64,000 nucleotides of DNA from positions 1,736,001-1,800,000 of the forward strand of contig OZ059896.1 of NCBI GenBank assembly GCA_964057225.1. Direction: 5' to 3'. The stretch comes from Auanema rhodensis. Its lineage: Eukaryota > Animalia > Nematoda. This document shows positions 40,717-55,700 of the stretch, piece after piece. The position numbers and the translations under genes are program-made. Under the pieces are notes generated by a model, which was not told the DNA's origin, did not search any database, and saw nothing but the letters and a program-made list of their open reading frames with translations. Position 1 is the first letter of the stretch. Every line of letters begins with the position of its first letter.

Positions 40717-43700
40717 TTTAGCTTTTCTCAATGTAGTATAGTGCATTCGATGCGGATTTTTAAGCTGCGTCGATCTGTGTTATCAGATTTGGGCTAGCTT
40801 AAAAATGCACCGAGATATCAACTGATATAAGTTTACACTTATATCCTCGATTTTCACCCTGAAGAAATAATTTTTTCGTTGAATAACATTGTCCATCGTT
40901 TTTGCCTTGGAAAAACGAATCTAAAAACAACTACTTTTTGCTAAATTATTCTCAAATTTTTCGAAAAAATTTTTGTCAAAATGTTTTTGGAAGCAATTTT
41001 GAGTGTACATGGAAACTCAACATACACTAATGCATCATTTTTCAAACGATCATAACTAATTTTTGTATTAAGCGTTTCTCAATGTAGTATAGTGCATTCG
41101 ATGCGGATTTTTAAGCTGCGTCGATCTGTACTATCAGATTTGCGCTAGCTTGAAAATGCACCGAGATATCAACTGATATAAGTTCACACCTATATCCTCG
41201 ATTTTCACCCTGAAGAATTAATTTTTTCGTTGAATAACATTGTCTATCGTTTTTGCCTTGAAAAAAGGAATCTAAAAACATCTACTTTTTGCTAAATTAT
41301 TTCGAAATTTTTCGAAAAAATTTTTGTCAAAATGTTTTTGGAAGCAATTTTGAGTGTACATGGAAACTCAACATACACTAATGCATCATTTTTCAAACGA
41401 TCATAACTAATTTTTGTATTTAGCTTTTCTCAATGTAGTATAGTGCATTCGATGCGGATTTTTAAGCTGCGTCGATCTGTGTTATCAGATTTGCGCTAGC
41501 TTAAAAATGCACCGAGATATCAACTGATATAAGTTCACACATATATCCTCGATTTTCACCCTGAAGAATTAATTTTTTCGTTGAATAACATTGTCCATCG
41601 TTTTTGCCTTGAAAAAAGGAATCTAAAAACAACTATTTTTTGCTAAATTATTCTCAAATTTTTCGAAAAAATTTTTGTCAAAATGTTTTTGGAAGCAATT
41701 TTGAGTGTACATGGAAACTCAACATACACTAATGCATCATTTTTCAAACGATCATAACTAATTTTTGTATTTAGCTTTTCTCAATGTAGTATAGTGCATT
41801 CGATGCGGATTTTTAAGCTGCGTCGATCTGTGTTATCAGATTTGCGCTAGCTTAAAAATGCACCGAGATATCAACTGATATAAGTTTACACTTATATCCT
41901 CGATTTTCACCCTGAAGAAATAATTTTTTCGTTGAATAACATTGTCCATCGTTTTTGCCTTGAAAAAAGGAATCTAAAAACATCTACTTTTTGCTAAATT
42001 ATTTTGAAATTTTTCGAAAAAATTTTTGTCAAAATGTTTTTGGAAGCAATTTTGAGTGTACATGGAAACTCAACATACACTAATGCATCATTTTTCAAAC
42101 GATCATAACTAATTTTTGTATTAAGCGTTTCTCAATGTAGTATAGTGCATTCGATGCGGATTTTTAAGCTGCGTCGATCTGTACTATCAGATTTGCGCTA
42201 GCTTGAAAATGCACCGAGATATCAACTGATATAAGTTCACACCTATATCCTCGATTTTCACCCTGAAGAATTAATTTTTTCGTTGAATAACATTGTCTAT
42301 CGTTTTTGCCTTGAAAAAAGGAATCTAAAAACATCTACTTTTTGCTAAATTATTTTGAAATTTTTCGAAAAAATTTTTGTCAAAATGTTTTTGGAAGCAA
42401 TTTTGAGTGTACATGGAAACTCAACATACACTAATGCATCATTTTTCAAACGATCATAACTAATTTTTGTATTTAGCTTTTCTCAATGTAGTATAGTGCA
42501 TTCGATGCGGATTTTTAAGCTGCGTCGATCTGTGTTATCAGATTTGCGCTAGCTTAAAAATGCACCGAGATATCAACTGATATAAGTTCACACTTATATT
42601 CTCGATTTTCACCCTGAAGAAATAATTTTTTCGTTGAATAACATTGTCCATCGTTTTTGCCTTGAAAAAAGAAATCTAAAAACATCTACTTTTTGCTAAA
42701 TTATTTTGAAATTTTTCGAAAAAATTTTTGTCAAAATGTTTTTGGAAGCAATTTTGAGTGTACATGGAAACTCAACATACACTAATGCATCATTTTTCAA
42801 ACGATCATAACTAATTTTTGTATTAAGCGTTTCTCAATGTAGTATAGTGCATTCGATGCGGATTTTTAAGCTGCGTCGATCTGTACTATCAGATTTGCGC
42901 TAGCTTGAAAATGCACCGAGATATCAACTGATATAAGTTCACACCTATATCCTCGATTTTCACCCTGAAGAATTAATTTTTTCGTTGAATAACATTGTCT
43001 ATCGTTTTTGCCTTGAAAAAAGGAATCTAAAAACATCTACTTTTTGCTAAATTATTTTGAAATTTTTTGAAAAAAATTTTGTCAAAATGTTTTTGGAAGC
43101 AATTTTGAGTGTACATGGAAACTCAACATACACTAATGCATCATTTTTCAAACGATCATAACTAATTTTTGTATTTAGCTTTTCTCAATGTTATATAGTG
43201 CATTCGATGCGGATTTTTAAGCTGCGTCGATCTGTGTTATCAGATTTGCGCTAGCTTAAAAATGCACCGAGATATCAACTGATATAAGTTCACACATATA
43301 TCCTCGATTTTCACCCTGAAGAATTAATTTTTTCGTTGAATAACATTGTCCATCGTTTTTGCCTTGAAAAAAGGAATCTAAAAACAACTACTTTTTGCTA
43401 AATTATTCTCAAATTTTTCGAAAAAATTTTTGTCAAAATGTTTTTGGAAGCAATTTTGAGTGTACATGGAAACTCAACATACACTAATGCATCATTTTTC
43501 AAACGATCATAACTAATTTTTGTATTTAGCTTTTCTCAATGTTATATAGTGCATTCGATGCGGATGTTTAAACTGCGTCGATCTGTGTTATCAGATTTGC
43601 GCTAGCTTAAAAATGCACCGAGATATCAACTGATATAAGTTCACACATATATCCTCGATTTTCACCCTGAAGAATTGATTTTTTCGTTGAATAACATTGT

Positions 43701-46700
43701 CCATCGTTTTTGCCTTGAAAAAAGAAATCTAAAAACATCTACTTTTTGCTAAATTATTTTGAAATTTTTCGAAAAAATTTTTGTCAAAATGTTTTTGGAA
43801 GCAATTTTGAGTGTACATGGAAACTCAACATACACTAATGCATCATTTTTCAAACGATCATAACTAATTTTTGTATTAAGCGTTTCTCAATGTAGTATAG
43901 TGCATTCGATGCGGATTTTTAAGCTGCGTCGATCTGTACTATCAGATTTGCGCTAGCTTGAAAATGCACCGAGATATCAACTGATATAAGTTCACACCTA
44001 TATCCTCGATTTTCACCCTGAAGAATTAATTTTTTCGTTGAATAACATTGTCTATCGTTTTTGCCTTGAAAAAAGGAATCTAAAAACATCTACTTTTTGC
44101 TAAATTATTTTGAAATTTTTCGAAAAAATTTTTGTCAAAATGTTTTTGGAAGCAATTTTGAGTGTACATGGAAACTCAACATACACTAATGCATCATTTT
44201 TCAAACGATCATAACTAATTTTTGTATTAAGCGTTTCTCAATGTAGTATAGTGCATTCGATGCGGATTTTTAAGCTGCGTCGATCTGTACTATCAGATTT
44301 GCGCTAGCTTGAAAATGCACCGAGATATCAACTGATATAAGTTCACACCTATATCCTCGATTTTCACCCTGAAGAATTAATTTTTTCGTTGAATAACATT
44401 GTCTATCGTTTTTGCCTTGAAAAAAGGAATCTAAAAACATCTACTTTTTGCTAAATTATTTTGAAATTTTTCGAAAAAATTTTTGTCAAAATGTTTTTGG
44501 AAGCAATTTTGAGTGTACATGGAAACTCAACATACACTAATGCATCATTTTTCAAACGATCATAACTAATTTTTGTATTTAGCTTTTCTCAATGTTATAT
44601 AGTGCATTCGATGCGGATTTTTAAGCTGCGTCGATCTGTGTTATCAGATTTGCGCTAGCTTAAAAATGCACCGAGATATCAACTGATATAAGTTCACACA
44701 TATATCCTCGATTTTCACCCTGAAGAATTAATTTTTTCGTTGAATAACATTGCCCATCGTTTTTGCCTTGAAAAAAGGAATCTAAAAACAACTACTTTTT
44801 GCTAAATTATTCTCAAATTTTTCGAAAAAATTTTTGTCAAAATGTTTTTGGAAGCAATTTTGAGTGTACATGGAAACTCAACATACACTAATGCATCATT
44901 TTTCAAACGATCATAACTAATTTTTGTATTTAGCTTTTCTCAATGTAGTATAGTGCATTCGATGCGGATTTTTAAGCTGCGTCGATCTGTGTTATCAGAT
45001 TTGCGCTAGCTTAAAAATGCACCGAGATATCAACTGATATAAGTTCACACTTATATCCTCGATTTTCACCCTGAAGAATTAATTTTTTCGTTGAATAACA
45101 TTGTCCATCGTTTTTGCCTTGAAAAAAGAAATCTAAAAACATCTATTTTTTGCTAAATTATTTTGAAATTTTTCGAAAAAATTTTTGTCAAAATGTTTTT
45201 GGAAGCAATTTTGAGTGTACATGGAAACTCAACATACACTAATGCATCATTTTTCAAACGATCATAACTAATTTTTGTATTCAGCTTTTTTCAATGTAGT
45301 ATAGTGCATTCGATGCGGATTTTTATGCTGCGTCGATCTGTGTTATCAGATTTGCGCTAGCTTAAAAATGCACCGAGATATCAACTGATATAAGTTTACA
45401 CTTATATCCTCGATTTTCACCCTGAAGAAATAATTTTTTCGTTGAATAACATTGTCCATCGTTTTTGCCTTAAAAAAAGGAATCTAAAAACATCTACTTT
45501 TTGCTAAATTATTCTCAAATTTTTCGAAAAAATTTTTGTCAAAATGTTTTTGGAAGCAATTTTGAGTGTACATGGAAACTCAACATACACTAATGCATCA
45601 TTTTTCAAACGATCATAACTAATTTTTGTATTTAGCTTTTCTCAATGTAGTATAGTGCATTCGATGCGGATTTTTAAGCTGCGTCGATCTGTGTTATCAG
45701 ATTTGCGCTAGCTTAAAAATGCACCGAGATATCAACTGATATAAGTTCACACTTATATTCTCGATTTTCACCCTGAAGAAATAATTTTTTCGTTGAATAA
45801 CATTGTCCATCGTTTTTGCCTTGAAAAAAGGAATCTAAAAACATCTACTTTTTGCTAAATTATTTTGAAATTTTTCGAAAAAATTTTTGTCAAAATGTTT
45901 TTGGAAGCAATTTTGAGTGTACATGGAAACTCAACATACACTAATGCATCATTTTTCAAACGATCATAACTAATTTTTGTATTAAGCGTTTCTCAATGTA
46001 GTATAGTGCATTCGATGCGGATTTTTAAGCTGCGTCGATCTGTACTATCAGATTTGCGCTAGCTTGAAAATGCACCGAGATATCAACTGATATAAGTTCA
46101 CACCTATATCCTCGATTTTCACCCTGAAGAATTAATTTTTTCGTTGAATAACATTGTCTATCGTTTTTGCCTTGAAAAAAGGAATCTAAAAACATCTACT
46201 TTTTGCTAAATTATTTTGAAATTTTTCGAAAAAATTTTTGTCAAAATGTTTTTGGAAGCAATTTTGAGTGTACATGGAAACTCAACATACACTAATGCAT
46301 CATTTTTCAAACGATCATAACTAATTTTTGTATTTAGCTTTTCTCAATGTTATATAGTGCATTCGATGCGGATTTTTAAGCTGCGTCGATCTGTGTTATC
46401 AGATTTGCGCTAGCTTAAAAATGCACCGAGATATCAACTGATATAAGTTCACACATATATCCTCGATTTTCACCCTGAAGAATTAATTTTTTCGTTGAAT
46501 AACATTGTCCATCGTTTTTGCCTTGAAAAAAGGAATCTAAAAACAACTACTTTTTGCTAAATTATTCTCAAATTTTTCGAAAAAATTTTTGTCAAAATGT
46601 TTTTGGAAGCAATTTTGAGTGTACATGGAAACTCAACATACACTAATGCATCATTTTTCAAACGATCATAACTAATTTTTGTATTTAGCTTTTCTCAATG

Positions 46701-49700
46701 TAGTATAGTGCATTCGATGCGGATTTGTAAGCTGCGTCGATCTGTGTTATCAGATTTGCGCTAGCTTAAAAATGCACCGAGATATCAACTGATATAAGTT
46801 CACACTTATATCCTCGATTTTCACCCTGAAGAATTAATTTTTTCGTTGAATAACATTGTCCATCGTTTTTGCCTTGAAAAAAGAAATCTAAAAACATCTA
46901 CTTTTTGCTAAATTATTTTGAAATTTTTCGAAAAAATTTTTGTCAAAATGTTTTTGGAAGCAATTTTGAGTGTACATGGAAACTCAACATACACTAATGC
47001 ATCATTTTTCAAACGATCATAACTAATTTTTGTATTCAGCTTTTTTCAATGTAGTATAGTGCATTCGATGCGGATTTTTATGCTGCGTCGATCTGTGTTA
47101 TCAGATTTGCGCTAGCTTAAAAATGCACCGAGATATCAACTGATATAAGTTTACACTTATATCCTCGATTTTCACCCTGAAGAAATAATTTTTTCGTTGA
47201 ATAACATTGTCCATCGTTTTTGCCTTGAAAAAAGGAATCTAAAAACATCTACTTTTTGCTAAATTATTTTGAAATTTTTCGAAAAAATTTTTGTCAAAAT
47301 GTTTTTGGAAGCAATTTTGAGTGTACATGGAAACTCAACATACACTAATGCATCATTTTTCAAACGATCATAACTAATTTTTGTATTAAGCGTTTCTCAA
47401 TGTAGTATAGTGCATTCGATGCGGATTTTTAAGCTGCGTCGATCTGTACTATCAGATTTGCGCTAGCTTGAAAATGCACCGAGATATCAACTGATATAAG
47501 TTCACACCTATATCCTCGATTTTCACCCTGAAGAATTAATTTTTTCGTTGAATAACATTGTCTATCGTTTTTGCCTTGAAAAAAGGAATCTAAAAACATC
47601 TACTTTTTGCTAAATTATTTTGAAATTTTTCGAAAAAATTTTTGTCAAAATGTTTTTGGAAGCAATTTTGAGTGTACATGGAAACTCAACATACACTAAT
47701 GCATCATTTTTCAAACGATCATAACTAATTTTTGTATTTAGCTTTTCTCAATGTTATATAGTGCATTCGATGCGGATTTTTAAGCTGCGTCGATCTGTGT
47801 TATCAGATTTGCGCTAGCTTAAAAATGCACCGAGATATCAACTGATATAAGTTCACACTTATATCCTCGATTTTCACCCTGAAGAATTAATTTTTTCGTT
47901 GAATAACATTGTCCATCGTTTTTGCCTTGAAAAAAGAAATCTAAAAACATCTACTTTTTGCTAAATTATTTTGAAATTTTTCGAAAAAATTTTTGTCAAA
48001 ATGTTTTTGGAAGCAATTTTGAGTGTACATGGAAACTCAACATACACTAATGCATCATTTTTCAAACGATCATAACTAATTTTTGTATTCAGCTTTTTTC
48101 AATGTAGTATAGTGCATTCGATGCGGATTTTTATGCTGCGTCGATCTGTGTTATCAGATTTGCGCTAGCTTAAAAATGCACCGAGATATCAACTGATATA
48201 AGTTTACACTTATATCCTCGATTTTCACCCTGAAGAAATAATTTTTTCGTTGAATAACATTGTCCATCGTTTTTGCCTTGAAAAAAGGAATCTAAAAACA
48301 TCTACTTTTTGCTAAATTATTTTGAAATTTTTCGAAAAAATTTTTGTCAAAATGTTTTTGGAAGCAATTTTGAGTGTACATGGAAACTCAACATACACTA
48401 ATGCATCATTTTTCAAACGATCATAACTAATTTTTGTATTAAGCGTTTCTCAATGTAGTATAGTGCATTCGATGCGGATTTTTAAGCTGCGTCGATCTGT
48501 ACTATCAGATTTGCGCTAGCTTGAAAATGCACCGAGATATCAACTGATATAAGTTCACACCTATATCCTCGATTTTCACCCTGAAGAATTAATTTTTTCG
48601 TTGAATAACATTGTCTATCGTTTTTGCCTTGAAAAAAGGAATCTAAAAACATCTACTTTTTGCTAAATTATTCTCAAATTTTTCGAAAAAATTTTTGTCA
48701 AAATGTTTTTGGAAGCAATTTTGAGTGTACATGGAAACTCAACATACACTAATGCATCATTTTTCAAACGATCATAACTAATTTTTGTATTAAGCTTTTC
48801 TCAATGAAGTTTAGTGCATTCGATGCGGATTTTTAAGCTGCGTAGATCTGTGTTATCAGATTTGCGCTAGCTTGAAAATGCACCGAGATATCAACTGATA
48901 TAAGTTCACACTTATATCCTCGATTTTCACCCTGAAGAATTAATTTTTTCGTTGAATAACATTGTCTATCGTTTTTGCCTTGAAAAAAGGAATCTAAAAA
49001 CATCTACTTTTTGCTAAATTATTTTCAAATTTTTCGAAAAAATTTTTGTCAAAATGTTTTTGGAAGCAATTTTGAGTGTACATGGAAACTCAACATACAC
49101 TAATGCATCATTTTTCAAACGATCATAACTAATTTTTGTACTTAGCTTTTCTCAATGTAATATAGTGCATTCGATGCGGATTTTTAAGCTGCGTCGATCT
49201 GTGTTATCAGATTTGCGCTAGCTTAAAAATGCACCGAGATATCAACTGATATAAGTTCACACTTATATCCTCGATTTTCACCCTGAAGAATTAATTTTTT
49301 CGTTGAATAACATTGTCCATCGTTTTTGCCTTGAAAAAAGGAATCTAAAAACATCTACTTTTTGCTAAATTATTTTGAAATTTTTCGAAAACATTTTTGT
49401 CAAAATGTTTTTGGAAGCAATTTTGAGTGTACATGGAAACTCAACATACACTAATGCATCATTTTTCAAACGATCATAACTAATTTTTGTATTTAGCTTT
49501 TCTCAATGTAATATAGTGCATTCGATGCGGATTTTTAAGCTGCGTCGATCTGTGTTATCAGATTTGCGCTAGCTTAAAAATGCACCGAGATATCAACTGA
49601 TATAAGTTCACACTTATATCCTCGATTTTCACCCTGAAGAATTAATTTTTTCGTTGAATAACATTGTCCATCGTTTTTGCCTTGAAAAAAGGAATCTAAA

Positions 49701-52700
49701 AACATCTACTTTTTGCTAAATTATTTTGAAATTTTTCGAAAACATTTTTGTCAAAATGTTTTTGGAAGCAATTTTGAGTGTACATGGAAACTCAACATAC
49801 ACTAATGCATCATTTTTCAAACGATCATAACTAATTTTTGTATTAAGCGTTTCTCAATGTAGTATAGTGCATTCGATGCGGATTTTTAAGCTGCGTCGAT
49901 CTGTACTATCAGATTTGCGCTAGCTTGAAAATGCACCGAGATATCAACTGATATAAGTTCACACCTATATCCTCGATTTTCACCCTGAAGAATTAATTTT
50001 TTCGTTGAATAACATTGTCTATCGTTTTTGCCTTGAAAAAAGGAATCTAAAAACATCTACTTTTTGCTAAATTATTTTGAAATTTTTCGAAAAAATTTTT
50101 GTCAAAATGTTTTTGGAAGCAATTTTGAGTGTACATGGAAACTCAACATACACTAATGCATCATTTTTCAAACGATCATAACTAATTTTTGTATTTAGCT
50201 TTTCTCAATGTTATATAGTGCATTCGATGCGGATTTTTAAGCTGCGTCGATCTGTGTTATCAGATTTGCGCTAGCTTAAAAATGCACCGAGATATCAACT
50301 GATATAAGTTCACACATATATCCTCGATTTTCACCCTGAAGAATTAATTTTTTCGTTGAATAACATTGTCCATCGTTTTTGCCTTGAAAAAAGGAATCTA
50401 AAAACAACTACTTTTTGCTAAATTATTCTCAAATTTTTCGAAAAAATTTTTGTCAAAATGTTTTTGGAAGCAATTTTGAGTGTACATGGAAACTCAACAT
50501 ACACTAATGCATCATTTTTCAAACGATTATAACTAATTTTTGTATTTAGCTTTTCTCAATGTAGTATAGTGCATTCGATGCGGATTTGTAAGCTGCGTCG
50601 ATCTGTGTTATCAGATTTGCGCTAGCTTAAAAATGCACCGAGATATCAACTGATATAAGTTCACACTTATATCCTCGATTTTCACCCTGAAGAATTAATT
50701 TTTTCGTTGAATAACATTGTCCATCGTTTTTGCCTTGAAAAAAGAAATCTAAAAACATCTACTTTTTGCTAAATTATTTTGAAATTTTTCGAAAAAATTT
50801 TTGTCAAAATGTTTTTGGAAGCAATTTTGAGTGTACATGGAAACTCAACATACACTAATGCATCATTTTTCAAACGATCATAACTAATTTTTGTATTCAG
50901 CTTTTTTCAATGTAGTATAGTGCATTCGATGCGGATTTTTATGCTGCGTCGATCTGTGTTATCAGATTTGCGCTAGCTTAAAAATGCACCGAGATATCAA
51001 CTGATATAAGTTTACACTTATATCCTCGATTTTCACCCTGAAGAAATAATTTTTTCGTTGAATAACATTGTCCATCGTTTTTGCCTTGAAAAAAGGAATC
51101 TAAAAACATCTACTTTTTGCTAAATTATTTTCATATTTTTCGAAAAAATTTTTGTCAAAATGTTTTTGGAAGCAATTTTGAGTGTACATGGAAACTCAAC
51201 ATACACTAATGCATCATTTTTCAAACGATCATAACTAATTTTTGTATTCAGCTTTTTTCAATGTAGTATAGTGCATTCGATGCGGATTTTTATGCTGCGT
51301 CGATCTGTGTTATCAGATTTGCGCTAGCTTAAAAATGCACCGAGATATCAACTGATATAAGTTTACACTTATATCCTCGATTTTCACCCTGAAGAAATAA
51401 TTTTTTCGTTGAATAACATTGTCCATCGTTTTTGCCTTGAAAAAAGGAATCTAAAAACATCTACTTTTTGCTAAATTATTTTGAAATTTTTCGAAAAAAT
51501 TTTTGTCAAAATGTTTTTGGAAGCAATTTTGAGTGTACATGGAAACTCAACATACACTAATGCATCATTTTTCAAACGATCATAACTAATTTTTGTATTA
51601 AGCGTTTCTCAATGTAGTATAGTGCATTCGATGCGGATTTTTAAGCTGCGTCGATCTGTACTATCAGATTTGCGCTAGCTTGAAAATGCACCGAGATATC
51701 AACTGATATAAGTTCACACCTATATCCTCGATTTTCACCCTGAAGAATTAATTTTTTCGTTGAATAACATTGTCTATCGTTTTTGCCTTGAAAAAAGGAA
51801 TCTAAAAACATCTACTTTTTGCTAAATTATTTTGAAATTTTTCGAAAAAATTTTTGTCAAAATGTTTTTGGAAGCAATTTTGAGTGTACATGGAAACTCA
51901 ACATACACTAATGCATCATTTTTCAAACGATCATAACTAATTTTTGTATTTAGCTTTTCTCAATGTTATATAGTGCATTCGATGCGGATTTTTAAGCTGC
52001 GTCGATCTGTGTTATCAGATTTGCGCTAGCTTAAAAATGCACCGAGATATCAACTGATATAAGTTCACACTTATATCCTCGATTTTCACCCTGAAGAATT
52101 AATTTTTTCGTTGAATAACATTGTCCATCGTTTTTGCCTTGAAAAAAGAAATCTAAAAACATCTACTTTTTGCTAAATTATTTTGAAATTTTTCGAAAAA
52201 ATTTTTGTCAAAATGTTTTTGGAAGCAATTTTGAGTGTACATGGAAACTCAACATACACTAATGCATCATTTTTCAAACGATCATAACTAATTTTTGTAT
52301 TCAGCTTTTTTCAATGTAGTATAGTGCATTCGATGCGGATTTTTATGCTGCGTCGATCTGTGTTATCAGATTTGCGCTAGCTTAAAAATGCACCGAGATA
52401 TCAACTGATATAAGTTTACACTTATATCCTCGATTTTCACCCTGAAGAAATAATTTTTTCGTTGAATAACATTGTCCATCGTTTTTGCCTTGAAAAAAGA
52501 AATCTAAAAACATCTACTTTTTGCTAAATTATTTTGAAATTTTTCGAAAAAATTTTTGTCAAAATGTTTTTGGAAGCAATTTTGAGTGTACATGGAAACT
52601 CAACATACACTAATGCATCATTTTTCAAACGATCATAACTAATTTTTGTATTCAGCTTTTTTCAATGTAGTATAGTGCATTCGATGCGGATTTTTATGCT

Positions 52701-55700
52701 GCGTCGATCTGTGTTATCAGATTTGCGCTAGCTTAAAAATGCACCGAGATATCAACTGATATAAGTTTACACTTATATCCTCGATTTTCACCCTGAAGAA
52801 ATAATTTTTTCGTTGAATAACATTGTCCATCGTTTTTGCCTTGAAAAAAGGAATCTAAAAACATCTACTTTTTGCTAAATTATTTTGAAATTTTTCGAAA
52901 AAATTTTTGTCAAAATGTTTTTGGAAGCAATTTTGAGTGTACATGGAAACTCAACATACACTAATGCATCATTTTTCAAACGATCATAACTAATTTTTGT
53001 ATTAAGCGTTTCTCAATGTAGTATAGTGCATTCGATGCGGATTTTTAAGCTGCGTCGATCTGTACTATCAGATTTGCGCTAGCTTGAAAATGCACCGAGA
53101 TATCAACTGATATAAGTTCACACCTATATCCTCGATTTTCACCCTGAAGAATTAATTTTTTCGTTGAATAACATTGTCTATCGTTTTTGCCTTGAAAAAA
53201 GGAATCTAAAAACATCTACTTTTTGCTAAATTATTTTGAAATTTTTCGAAAAAATTTTTGTCAAAATGTTTTTGGAAGCAATTTTGAGTGTACATGGAAA
53301 CTCAACATACACTAATGCATCATTTTTCAAACGATCATAACTAATTTTTGTATTTAGCTTTTCTCAATGTTATATAGTGCATTCGATGCGGATTTTTAAG
53401 CTGCGTCGATCTGTGTTATCAGATTTGCGCTAGCTTAAAAATGCACCGAGATATCAACTGATATAAGTTCACACTTATATCCTCGATTTTCACCCTGAAG
53501 AATTAATTTTTTCGTTGAATAACATTGTCCATCGTTTTTGCCTTGAAAAAAGAAATCTAAAAACATCTACTTTTTGCTAAATTATTTTGAAATTTTTCGA
53601 AAAAATTTTTGTCAAAATGTTTTTGGAAGCAATTTTGAGTGTACATGGAAACTCAACATACACTAATGCATCATTTTTCAAACGATCATAACTAATTTTT
53701 GTATTTAGCTTTTCTCAATGTAATATAGTGCATTCGATGCGGATTTTTAAGCTGCGTCGATCTGTGTTATCAGATTTGCGCTAGCTTAAAAATGCACCGA
53801 GATATCAACTGATATAAGTTCACACTTATATCCTCGATTTTCACCCTGAAGAATTAATTTTTTCGTTGAATAACATTGTCCATCGTTTTTGCCTTGAAAA
53901 AAGGAATCTAAAAACATCTACTTTTTGCTAAATTATTTTGAAATTTTTCGAAAACATTTTTGTCAAAATGTTTTTGGAAGCAATTTTGAGTGTACATGGA
54001 AACTCAACATACACTAATGCATCATTTTTCAAACGATCATAACTAATTTTTGTATTTAGCTTTTCTCAATGTAATATAATGCATTCGATGCGGATTTTTA
54101 AGCTGCGTCGATCTGTGTTATCAGATTTGCGCTAGCTTAAAAATGCACCGAGATATCAACTGATATAAGTTCACACTTATATCCTCAATTTTCACCCTGA
54201 AGAATTAATTTTTTCGTTGAATAACATTGTCCATCGTTTTTGCCTTGAAAAAAGGAATCTAAAAACATCTACTTTTTGCTAAATTATTTTGAAATTTTTC
54301 GAAAAAATTTTTGTCAAAATGTTTTTGGAAGCAATGTTGAGTGTACATGGAAACTCAACATACACTAATGCATCATTTTTCAAACGATCATAACTAATTT
54401 TTGTATTAAGCGTTTCTCAATGTAGTATAGTGCATTCGATGCGGATTTTTAAGCTGCGTAGATCTGTGTTATCAGATTTGCGCTAGCTTGAAAATGCACC
54501 GAGATATCAACTGATATAAGTTCACACTTATATCCTCGATTTTCACCCTGAAGAATTAATTTTTTCGTTGAATAACATTGTCTATCGTTTTTGCCTTGAA
54601 AAAAGGAATCTAAAAACATCTACTTTTTGCTAAATTATTTTGAAATTTTTCGAAAACATTTTTGTCAAAATGTTTTTGGAAGCAATTTTGAGTGTACATG
54701 GAAACTCAACATACACTAATGCATCATTTTTCAAACGATCATAACTAATTTTTGTATTTAGCTTTTCTCAATGTAATATAATGCATTCGATGCGGATTTT
54801 TAAGCTGCGTCGATCTGTGTTATCAGATTTGCGCTAGCTTAAAAATGCACCGAGATATCAACTGATATAAGTTCACACTTATATCCTCGATTTTCACCCT
54901 GAAGAATTAATTTTTTCGTTGAATAACATTGTCCATCGTTTTTGCCTTAAAAAAAGAAATCTAAAAACATCTACTTTTTGCTAAATTATTTTGAAATTTT
55001 TCGAAAAAATTTTTGTCAAAATGTTTTTGGAAGCAATTTTGAGTGTACATGGAAACTCAACATACACTAATGCATCATTTTTCAAACGATCATAACTAAT
55101 TTTTGTATTCAGCTTTTTTCAATGTAGTATAGTGCATTCGATGCGGATTTTTATGCTGCGTCGATCTGTGTTATCAGATTTGCGCTAGCTTAAAAATGCA
55201 CCGAGATATCAACTGATATAAGTTTACACTTATATCCTCGATTTTCACCCTGAAGAAATAATTTTTTCGTTGAATAACATTGTCCATCGTTTTTGCCTTG
55301 AAAAAAGGAATCTAAAAACATCTACTTTTTGCTAAATTATTTTGAAATTTTTCGAAAAAATTTTTGTCAAAATGTTTTTGGAAGCAATTTTGAGTGTACA
55401 TGGAAACTCAACATACACTAATGCATCATTTTTCAAACGATCATAACTAATTTTTGTATTAAGCGTTTCTCAATTTAGTATAGTGCATTCGATGCGGATT
55501 TTTAAGCTGCGTCGATCTGTACTATCAGATTTGCGCTAGCTTGAAAATGCACCGAGATATCAACTGATATAAGTTCACACCTATATCCTCGATTTTCACC
55601 CTGAAGAATTAATTTTTTCGTTGAATAACATTGTCTATCGTTTTTGCCTTGAAAAAAGGAATCTAAAAACATCTACTTTTTGCTAAATTATTCTCAAATT

